Source: Epithemia pelagica (taxonomy: Eukaryota > Protista > Bacillariophyta). Taken from it: 64,000 nt of DNA. This document shows, piece after piece, positions 45,897 through 54,954 of this stretch (position 1 is its first letter; each line of letters begins with the position of its first letter). The notes beneath the pieces are model-generated. The model was given only the letters and a program-made list of their open reading frames with translations. It did no database searches and had not been told where the DNA came from. Both the position numbers and the translations under genes were made by a program. The stretch is taken from NCBI GenBank assembly GCA_946965045.2, contig OX337242.1, positions 310,001 to 374,000 of the forward strand. Direction: 5' to 3'.

Positions 45897-47465
45897 ATGA
45901 CGGATGGAACGATTGCAACGTTCACTCCTACTGTATCCAAGCCAACGATGATACGATCCTTTCGCGACGACTCGTCGACGAGTGGATGGAGTTCGTCGGT
46001 CAAGACGGTGGCGTTGAAAAAGACGGAGTCGGGTCGGATTGTCATTTTGAGTCGAGGGGATACCTTTGAGCTGGTCAAACTCATTCCCGATTGGACTGAC
46101 AATGAAGACAATCAATCGGTGGTCAGTCGAGTCCCACAGGCTACCTTTTCCAGTGACAATAGTACCGTTGCGTCCATGATTATGAGTGAATCAATTACCA
46201 GACGAGCAAGGACCAAGCAACCCATTCGGTCCCCTGCCGATGCCAAGGTTGCAAAGCCAACGGTGTCGTTCAAAGATCCTCCCGACACGACATGGCATGT
46301 ACCAGCAACAATACCCGAGATGGAAAGCGTGGATGGCAGTGGATTCATGGAAGATGACATTGTACGAAAACACAGCTTTTCGGATGTGCGACTAAAAGAA
46401 GAAGAGGAGGAGGAAGATGACGACGAGGAGCACATCGACCACATTCACCAGGATGATTGGGATGCCAATGGCAGTGAAGAAGATGATAAGTATACAGTCA
46501 CTGAAGAAGAATCCAACCAGGAGGATGAAAAGAGAGACGACGTTACAAGGACATCGGCCTATGATGACGACAATACCAGAATAACTGCAGATGATGACGA
46601 TGATGATGATATCACAAGATATTCCATTGATGATCAAGTGGGAGGATCCAACACAGCGGTACGGCTCATTGTACGAAAACACAGCTTTTCGGATGTGCGA
46701 CTAGAAGAAGAAGAGGAGGGGGATGACGACGAGGAGCACGTCTACCACATTCACCAGGATGATTGGGATGCCAATGGCAGTGAAGAAGATGATAAGTATA
46801 CAGTCACTGAAGAAGAATCCAACCAGGAGGATGAAAAGAGAGACGACGTTACAAGGACATCGGCCTATGATGACGACAATACCAGAATAACTGCAGATGA
46901 TGACGATGATGATGATATCACAAGATATTCCATTGATGATCAAGTGGGAGGATCCAACACAGCGGTACGGCTCATTGTACGAAAACACAGCTTTTCGGAT
47001 GTGCGACTAGAAGAAGAAGAGGAGGGGGATGACGACGAGGAGCACATCGACCACATTCACCAGGATGATTGGGATGCCAATGGCAGTGAAGAAGATGATA
47101 AGTATACAGTCACTGAAGAAGAATCCAACCAGGAGGATGAAAAGAGAGACGACGTTACAAGGACATCGGCCTATGATGACGACAATACCAGAATAACTGC
47201 AGATGATGACGATGATGATGATATCACAAGATATTCCATTGATGATCAAGTGGGAGGATCCAACACAGCGGTACGGCTCAATCATCATACACGAAAGAAG
47301 GAGCAACAACGACATCAGGATGATGAGACTACAATGAACAGTGCCGTCGTTCCCTTTGTCCATTTTGGATCCGGGTTTGGCACAATGTATGAGCTCGTAC
47401 AGGTAAATGTGGACACACTGGAATTCTTTTGGGGAAGAGGTTGGGTAACGTACGACGCACCATAG
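45897..47465 (+). CDS. Cluster family A protein 3 (highly acidic, with a triplicated 102-aa block)
   Basis: ATG at 45897. N-terminal motif GRIVILSRGDTFELVKL; C-terminal motif VVPFVHFGSGFGTMYELVQVNVDTLEFFWGRGW. Confidence 0.85.
   Translation: MTDGTIATFTPTVSKPTMIRSFRDDSSTSGWSSSVKTVALKKTESGRIVILSRGDTFELVKLIPDWTDNEDNQSVVSRVPQATFSSDNSTVASMIMSESITRRARTKQPIRSPADAKVAKPTVSFKDPPDTTWHVPATIPEMESVDGSGFMEDDIVRKHSFSDVRLKEEEEEEDDDEEHIDHIHQDDWDANGSEEDDKYTVTEEESNQEDEKRDDVTRTSAYDDDNTRITADDDDDDDITRYSIDDQVGGSNTAVRLIVRKHSFSDVRLEEEEEGDDDEEHVYHIHQDDWDANGSEEDDKYTVTEEESNQEDEKRDDVTRTSAYDDDNTRITADDDDDDDITRYSIDDQVGGSNTAVRLIVRKHSFSDVRLEEEEEGDDDEEHIDHIHQDDWDANGSEEDDKYTVTEEESNQEDEKRDDVTRTSAYDDDNTRITADDDDDDDITRYSIDDQVGGSNTAVRLNHHTRKKEQQRHQDDETTMNSAVVPFVHFGSGFGTMYELVQVNVDTLEFFWGRGWVTYDAP
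46359..47279 (+). repeat. Coding tandem repeat, 3 copies (309, 306, 306 bp), near-identical
   Basis: attgtacgaaaacacagc starts at 46359, 46668 and 46974. Confidence 0.97.
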
Positions 47466-47790
47466 TGGCTGCGACAAATCCACCAAAAGGGAAGGGGATG
47501 GGGGTGATCCATCATGTAGCTAGCAAATACTCGCGCTTCAAATTTTGTAAATTTGTTGTACTTGGAATGAAAGGCATTCCATTAGCAGTCATTCTATCTC
47601 TTTAGAGCACCCTTTGCGATCAAATAATGTTCAACTCCCATGGTCTCCGAAGCAACAGAACTACGGATAGCCTTCCAAGTCACACATTTTTCCTGGTCTT
47701 TTTGGCTGCACCTAGTCTAGCATCGGACAGAGAAAAGAGAGGGTAGGTTATAGAACATGACCCATTAGATAACGACTTAGAGAAGGTATC

Positions 47791-48024
47791 CATCCGTTGA
47801 GCACGTCCGGAGGGTTTTGTTACCTACCCCCAAGCAGGGGTGAGTCCAGTCCCGCGTGTCTGAAAGCACGACATGTGAGTAAGAGAATGTACCTTTAGGT
47901 ACGACTTATGTGCGACCTGGACTCACCCCTGCTTGGGGGTATTTTGTTACCGCAATCGCGCACATCCTGGACCATGTCCAAACATGCGGCAACAAATGGA
48001 CTTAACAACAATCAGTCCGTTGGA
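47791..48024. promoter_or_regulatory. Two MSA-like boxes upstream of A4, flanking the MITE
   Basis: catccgttga at 47791 and gtccgttgga at 48015. Confidence 0.55.
47825..47941. mobile_element. 117-bp MITE with perfect 25-bp TIRs and a 10-bp target-site duplication
   Basis: TIR tacccccaagcaggggtgagtccag (47825-47849) and its exact reverse complement (47917-47941). ttttgttacc is duplicated at 47815-47824 and 47942-47951. Confidence 0.92.
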
Positions 48025-48163
48025 TGCAAGTGTTGTTGTTATAGCACGAAGGAATAATCGGCTGTCTTTTGCAAGTCATGGAAGGTTCTGTTGAACAAAG
48101 AAACGTCTTGTCAGTTTGCTCCTCCAAGGTCTTGTTGGACCATTGCTGGAAACCATCCGCACC

Positions 48164-49342
48164 ATGGTAGTTCCAAGTCACTCGTCGTTTCGCGCCTCAT
48201 CCTCTCGGCAATCGTCGTCGTCTTGGATGACGGGTCGTCGAGAATGGCATCCTTCGACCGATTGGTATCCCACCCGCACTAGTGACCCGAGTTTGGTCGA
48301 ACAAGATGCCATTGCGGTCGGTTTGCTTCGTCACACGGCAGAGGAGGACGAAGCCGATTGGTATCCCATCGCCAATTCGTCACCCGAAGAACGATATCGT
48401 TCCACGACCATCCTCCAAGAAGAAGAAGAAGAGGAGGCGGATCATCAAAACTGGTCCTCGACCTCCTCCGCCAACGCAAGTCATTCCGGAACGAATGCTG
48501 TCAGCAAGCATCGTCGACACAAACCGCAACCAACGAACAATGACACTAACCAAGATGAGGATGAAGACCGAAATGTCCCGGACGAAACAGAACGCGACAC
48601 TCGTACACCAGACAAGACAACGCAAGACACGAGAACCACCACGAGGAATCATCCGACGAAATCAAGGGACACAGACAGAGACCGTGTCCTGAAAGAAGAA
48701 GAACAAGACGAGCAACAAGAAGAAGAACAGGATATGCGAGAGGACGATGATCAATCGCTCCATTTACGATCGGTAGCACTCGTGGCGCCAGATTCCGAGA
48801 CGTATGCGCTCATTCGAGTCAATACCAGCACGAAAGAAAAGGTTCAAAAGTGGAAGCGACGGCAACAAGAAAGGGGTTCGTTCATGTCCGGTAGTAGTAA
48901 TAGCAGCACGGTCGAAGAAAACGACTCTGGGGACCAGCCGCCGCAGCCGTACATGCAGGACAGTGCATCGCATTCCTCGTCCAAATGCGGGGTGACCACC
49001 AGGAAGAGTCGAGACGACTACTCGTGCAGTCACTACACGGACGCAGGAACCTGCAGTTCCCAATCCTGGACCAATCTCCAGCGCATGCAACGGTCCAGTT
49101 CGCTCCCTCTGTTCCGGTCGGTCCCACAACCCCAAAGCGGCAGCAGCAACAGCAACAAGAGTCACCCAAATCCTTTCGGTGGTTCGTCCATGACGAGGAG
49201 AACGTCTTCAAACCAAAGTGCCCCCTCCCGCAGTCGTACCGGAAAGAGCCTCGGCGGTCCAGCAAAATCCAAAGATCGCACTCTACCACTACGCAAGGGA
49301 AGAAGTCTGGGTGACTTCCTTTCGAAAAAGACTCTTCGGTGA
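48164..49342 (+). CDS. Cluster family A protein 4 (disordered, one degenerate motif)
   Basis: Open frame from ATG 48164. RSVALVAPDSETYALIRVNTST resembles the family-A C-terminal motif. Confidence 0.75.
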   Translation: MVVPSHSSFRASSSRQSSSSWMTGRREWHPSTDWYPTRTSDPSLVEQDAIAVGLLRHTAEEDEADWYPIANSSPEERYRSTTILQEEEEEEADHQNWSSTSSANASHSGTNAVSKHRRHKPQPTNNDTNQDEDEDRNVPDETERDTRTPDKTTQDTRTTTRNHPTKSRDTDRDRVLKEEEQDEQQEEEQDMREDDDQSLHLRSVALVAPDSETYALIRVNTSTKEKVQKWKRRQQERGSFMSGSSNSSTVEENDSGDQPPQPYMQDSASHSSSKCGVTTRKSRDDYSCSHYTDAGTCSSQSWTNLQRMQRSSSLPLFRSVPQPQSGSSNSNKSHPNPFGGSSMTRRTSSNQSAPSRSRTGKSLGGPAKSKDRTLPLRKGRSLGDFLSKKTLR

Positions 49343-49345
49343 TTG

Positions 49346-49869
49346 GTCCGTTGATTCATTGTGCTTCTTGATGCTATATGGTATTTATATTAGTAGGAGT
49401 ATATCGTTGATTGGGTTATAGGAGTAGTTTTGCGCAAGCATTGTCTTTATTAGAGAGCGACTACGGAAAGGGATCGTTTTCTTTTGTGTCCGTCGAATAG
49501 GTAGCATACCTAGAGTTTCTAGCACTCCGTCTGTAGGATGTCGAAAATTCGCAGCGAACTGACTGTCTGCGACTGACTGACTGTTGTGGGTGTCTATGCG
49601 AGCTCGCCGCGCACCCACAACGCATCCAACCGCCAATGGCGCACAGTTCGTCTAACTGAGCCTCTATGTAGGCAAACGTTTGGAAGATGGGGACAATACG
49701 CAAACGTACCATGGACTTAGCAGGACGATGGCGCACTGATAAGAAAGAGGGAGGAATCGGTGGTGTGGAAAAGAGAGTAGTTGTTGGATGGCCACTCTCG
49801 GTATCGTCGTTCAACCTCCGGAAACGATTGCCGGATTGTAATATTGCTTGGCGCTTGGCATCCGTTGGA
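49346..49869. promoter_or_regulatory. MSA-like boxes upstream of B1
   Basis: gtccgttga at 49346 and catccgttgga at 49859. Confidence 0.55.
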
Positions 49870-49960
49870 TTATTTTTACCATCTTCACCTCCCACCGCAA
49901 CGACCAGAATAACAACTTCTACCGTGCCATTCTCTTGTTGTAAAATTTGGAGGTTGGACC

Positions 49961-52253
49961 ATGCCCGGTCGATCAAGTGGGAAAACCTCCAAGGGGAGTG
50001 GACGCTTCTCCATTGGTGGAAGACGGAATAGGAACAAAAATAAGAAGGAACGCAATGAAGCCGTCATTATGATCGATGGCGGTGCCTATCGCAAGCCACC
50101 ACCACCACCACCACTACGAACCCCCACCACCACCTACAGTGATGTCGACGAATCTTCCTTTGTCCTAATGGAAGATCAAGAGTATCTAAGAGACGAAACG
50201 ACAACTCCGTTTGAGCAAGAACATGAAGAAGAAGAAGAAGAAGAAGAATGGACCGCCGCAACACCGTTTGTCATGGACCGATTACCCTCCACCAAACCAG
50301 CAACCATGGGTGGCAAACGGTACCACCACCACCCAGCCGAGGTACCACCACAACGCCAGGCTCTGGACCCGTACGACGAAGAAGAAGAAGACGAAGAGGA
50401 TGTCACGTATGCACTCGAAGAAGAGGTGCTAACCCAACTCTTGGAGGAAACAGTCCTGACCGAACCACCACCCTCAATACTGCCGGAAGAAGAAGAAGAA
50501 GAACTAGACGAAGAAGAGATGGAGGAGCTGGTGAAACACACGCACGACGCCGATTCGGCCATTTTTTCCAATACCTTATCCAAACTCACGGACGATGCTC
50601 AGTCTGCGGCACCCTCAGTCGATACGACTGTATTTTCTCAAACAATTTGGCAGTTTGAGTTCGTCCGAATTCATAGCCAAGGATGCTCTCAAGGATTTTT
50701 TGTTGGTGGGAGCAGGATCCAAGCGCAGTCGTCGATCGGCCTCTCCTGTAAACCGACCAGCTTCACCACACAAACAACCACCGCAGTCCAACTATCCGCC
50801 TGCTACTACTTCACATGAACGAGACGACCTGGAGACAGTCGAAGGTAGGATGGAGCCGTCCAGACGAGCATTTCCACCCAGCCAGGAACCCCCACTTCAA
50901 CAAGAGGAGAATGATGAGGAACAAACCAATCTTTCCATGGATGAATATTCCAACTCTCTCGTGGAAAAGAAGAGGAAGCGGATGACTTCACGGAACGACC
51001 CGAGGCCACGATCGTTACTTCGGTGGTCGAATCCTATGCACCACCCCCACGACCCTCCACGCAACAACAAGCACCACAGTGGAATCGCAAGACCACCAAG
51101 AAACTACCCAAAAAGGGCAAACTCGGCAAGGGCCGATCGTCCATGGGAGGTCGTCGGCCCATACCGGCCGCTCTTCCTGCGATTCGAGAAGACGATGCCA
51201 TTTCCGAAGGGGCAGAATCTTACTCGCAAGCGTCTTCGGGCACCTCGTCTCAGTCCAAGGGAGCCATTTTATATGCTGTCAGTGTCCCACAACGAAAAAA
51301 GAAGCCGAGCTTTCTCGGTCGAGCCTTTCGTCGGAACTGACCAGCGTCCCTGGATGAAGAGGACGACTATTACAATGACGATGAAACACGCGACTATTCT
51401 GTGGAGGACCAAGAAACGCGCCTGTCTTCCGTGGTGCCAACATCCAAACCAGTGCGAGGCCACCCACCCACCATGGCGCATCGTAGAGAAAAGCCGCAGC
51501 AACCGATGCAACGTGGTTACAACAACGAGAATAATAAGACTCCTGGAGCCAGGCTATCATCATCGGCGGTGGGGAAATCACCACGTCGGTACGATGATCC
51601 CAGCTTTTTGGATGTAGAGGATGAGATTGCGACACTGGATAGTGGTGCCCTGGAAGAAACATCCGTGACCGAACTACTATCCAAGATTGACGCAGATTTG
51701 AACTCACTTTCTCTCTTGACGTCGTCTCATCATCTAAAGGGTGACGATGAGTACTCCGAGTCTTTGAAATCGTCTCAGTTGGATTATGATGATGAAGATG
51801 ACGACGATGATGATTCTCGAAAACCCATGAAGGTTCCTTCGTTTGTGCATCCGACCGATATAGAGTCGGCATTGGGAGACATATCCCTTAGTGCATCGCG
51901 ATCCAGTGTCTCGCAAGAATCCGAAACCACAAGAGAAACAGGTGTCAGCGATAAAGATTCCATGACCACCTTTTCCAAAGTTTGCCGATGGCGCCTCCAT
52001 GGGCACCACCACGTTGGCAGGTGACGACGATGATTCGAGTGGCGACAACAATATCAAAATGATGCAAGATACCTTCTTTGATACGGCTGTATTTTTTGGT
52101 TTGAAAAAAGAAAAACCAACACCCGAAGACGATGACTTTAGTCAAATAACACCCGTCAACTTTGGCTATTTCGGAAGCGCCTTGAAAGATTCTGCACTCT
52201 CAGTATTTGCTCCATCGGCGAAGAAGAAAAAGAGCCAAGGCCATGCAAACTAG
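49961..52253 (+). pseudogene. Cluster family B member 1, interrupted by three 1-bp frameshifts and one in-frame TGA
   Basis: Coding-like sequence runs through ORFs 49961, 50595, 51023, 51401 and 51999. Shifts occur at homopolymers near 50635, 50967 and 51978, with a TGA at 51338-51340. It ends in the family-B motif QDTFFDTAVFFG...DDFSQITPVNFGYFGSALKDSA. Confidence 0.75.
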
Positions 52254-52493
52254 TGTTTAATCGAATATAATTTATGTTAACTGTGTATATATGCATCCAT
52301 TTCTCTTAAGCGTCACATTGTGTCGAAAAACATCCTGAAAGAACGACTGGGTGTGGTTAAGGACAATAGGATCCTCTAGCCTATTGAAATACATAGCATA
52401 GGTAGTCTTTGATGAAATAATAGGTGTACTCCTAGGAGTAGTTAGATAGAATAGAGGAAGGTAGCAAAAGATACCCTCTGAAGTACGAAGATG

Positions 52494-52565
52494 CATCCGT
52501 TGAGCATGGGATGTCACCGATATCAACTTTGGGCAACACTTTTGCATCGAGCATCCCAATAACGG
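52494..52565. promoter_or_regulatory. MSA-like boxes upstream of B2
   Basis: catccgttga at 52494 and taacgg at 52560. Confidence 0.5.
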
Positions 52566-52951
52566 TAGAATGGCAGTTGAATGGATTGATGCCACATAGA
52601 ACCAAAAACCAGACATCCCCCAACGTACGAGGGATATTAGACCATAGCGGTCCGTTTATTTCTTTGCCGTACACAGCGCACCCAATTCTGACACTCGTGA
52701 GAGTATGGCTTCTATCTATGATGCTATCTACGAATGTCTTGTGCGGCTCTTGCAGAAATGTCGATGAGTGACAGCCAAGCCGTTCCGGGATGCACCGAAT
52801 TTAAGAATTGCCATGAAAGAGTTGTGACGGTTGAGCTGCGTCAAGGAATTTTTCATTCACCCAAACGCTTTTGCACCACAAAGAATAGACCCATTTGTCG
52901 TGTCGTCTCATTCCTGAAAGCATATTCACAGTCACCAAGGGCAACATTTCC

Positions 52952-54409
52952 ATGAGGGTTGAGCGACGAAACCAGAAGGCATCCGACGATGCGACCATGA
53001 TTGTGGACCCCACTGCGTCCTTGAGCTTTTCGGGAGCTGCTCCGGCTACAATGAAGCGTTCGAGCTTGTCAAGGAAGCGGCAACAAGTTCCACTTCGTCG
53101 ACTGGACACGAGAAGAGGTCCCTCTGCCATGGCAGGATCAGCGAGGACTGCACAGCAGCCAACAAGAAGAAAGGCAGGCAAGGGTCGCTGGAGACGAAAT
53201 GTTGTCAAGAATGTATCACAACGACACATTCCAAGTCTTCCTGTGGTTCATGAAGAGGAGAGTATGCCCGAGCTGCCGATTGAAACAACACCGGAACTGC
53301 CTAGAGCGACTCTTGCTGTTATAAAAGCCGCTCCATGGAGTGAAACTTCCTCCTCCTCCAAGTCGTTTGTCGAAAATACAATCGAAGGTGTCATGAAAGA
53401 AACGAACAATGCCATCACGTATATCAATACCGATGCCCAAAAGGATCTTTCTTCGAATTTCAATGCGGTGAGTGCCTCACTCTCGGATTCCTTTGGATAC
53501 ATTGAGAGTTATGTGATGAAGCCTCCCTCTCTCCGATCTACCGCCGGGGAAAAGTCCAACCAACAAGGTTCGTTTGACGTCATTGCCCGTCTACGAGAGG
53601 AGTCCAGGCTCGAAGATGAAGCCATGATGAAAACACAACGAGAATCAAGAGATGAGAACAGGGACTCGTCGGATGATATTATCGCCCCAATCACTTTTGC
53701 ATCGGATGCGCAAGATTATTTCCCGGAAGAAACAGAGGAAGAGACAGAAACCCATGACCACAACCAGGAACGAGACGCTGCTCCAGATCTTGAAGAGTCC
53801 GTTGATGACGAAAGGAATGAGGAATCTACAGAAAACGAGGCAACCGATATAATTCCTGTCGGTGAGATGCTCCGTATCCATGACTCTAGTTCGGATGTGG
53901 AGATTATTGCGAGTTTTATCAATGCCCAAGTCTCTCAGTCCCATGTGGAAGTTGTCATGAACTGGACCCATTCTGGACTTGAATCAGTTTCAAGTGCTTT
54001 GAGCAGCTTTGGCAAGTCCCAACTCGACTCATCCTCTCATGACATGGCAGAAGACTCAGACGATGAGGATTCGGTGGCATCGGAGGAACCCATTGTTGTC
54101 ATTCCGACCGACACTACAGAAACCGAGTTGGTGCTCAACAAGAGTTCGGAGGAACCCATTGTTGTCATTCCAACCGGCACTACACAAACCGAGTTGGTGC
54201 TCAACAAGAGTTTGTCCAACGACGAACAAAGTTCCACATCTCAAGACAGAATGGACTTTTCTTTTCAAGACACGTGGACGAAGACTGCCGAGATTATGGG
54301 CTTGAGTTCTCCACATGACACGAGCTCGGATCTCAACCATGCCGCCTTGATGAATCCACTTGCTCTTATAAGGCAAGCCAGGACTGAAGAAGATTCCCAA
54401 GGACAATAG
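52952..54409 (+). CDS. Cluster family B member 2 (basic N-terminus, acidic disordered body)
   Basis: Open frame from ATG 52952. KAGKGR...IPSLPVVHEEE resembles B1 KLGKGR...IPAALPAIREDD. C-terminal QDTWTKTAEIMGL. Confidence 0.8.
   Translation: MRVERRNQKASDDATMIVDPTASLSFSGAAPATMKRSSLSRKRQQVPLRRLDTRRGPSAMAGSARTAQQPTRRKAGKGRWRRNVVKNVSQRHIPSLPVVHEEESMPELPIETTPELPRATLAVIKAAPWSETSSSSKSFVENTIEGVMKETNNAITYINTDAQKDLSSNFNAVSASLSDSFGYIESYVMKPPSLRSTAGEKSNQQGSFDVIARLREESRLEDEAMMKTQRESRDENRDSSDDIIAPITFASDAQDYFPEETEEETETHDHNQERDAAPDLEESVDDERNEESTENEATDIIPVGEMLRIHDSSSDVEIIASFINAQVSQSHVEVVMNWTHSGLESVSSALSSFGKSQLDSSSHDMAEDSDDEDSVASEEPIVVIPTDTTETELVLNKSSEEPIVVIPTGTTQTELVLNKSLSNDEQSSTSQDRMDFSFQDTWTKTAEIMGLSSPHDTSSDLNHAALMNPLALIRQARTEEDSQGQ
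54080..54211 (+). repeat. Coding tandem repeat, 2 x 66 bp (SEEPIVVIPTxTTxTELVLNKS)
   Basis: Units start at 54080 and 54146. Confidence 0.93.
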
Positions 54410-54841
54410 TCCAAAGTCATTCAATGCTCTTAATGAGTGACAAAGTTCCCACGTCAAAGGTAACCTTCGTGTCCATCCTCGGCACAATTCGTATATGTCC
54501 TATCTTTGGATCTACTTGTGTTTTGTTCATAATATGATAAATTCCTCTCATTTTGCCCATTCTATTCCATAGAGACTCCATGATAACTCTACCCGTCTGA
54601 TTATTTCATTCGCACAAGCGACCACCAGAACGGAACCAAATCTCAAAGCAGTCGCACTGTCTGTCACAGAGATCTATGCCCTTCTCGTTAGCGATTGCAC
54701 AATTCCTTATGCCCCATGGCAGACGCATGTCAAAAATGGCCCGGATAAGTGAATGGGCTTCCGTCTGAAATACGTTGACTCCCTACCAATCTTTGTTGTT
54801 ACTTATGAAGTTAAATGTGTTCATTGTCTAACTCTTCTTTG

Positions 54842-54927
54842 TCAACGGACAACATTGTCGTATGTCCACGTCTCAGACGACAACATTCATAAGTAAATCC
54901 GACCGTTGACCGAGAGGAGCCAACGGA
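54842..54927. promoter_or_regulatory. Three MSA-like boxes upstream of B3
   Basis: CAACGG at 54843, CCGTTG at 54903, CAACGG at 54921. Confidence 0.55.
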
Positions 54928-54954
54928 AAAGGACATCCGGCCAGCAGGCCTATT

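Noticed and set aside
51338-51340. In-frame TGA as selenocysteine or readthrough
   Set aside because: No redox motif, disordered context, and three accompanying frameshifts favour decay or error.
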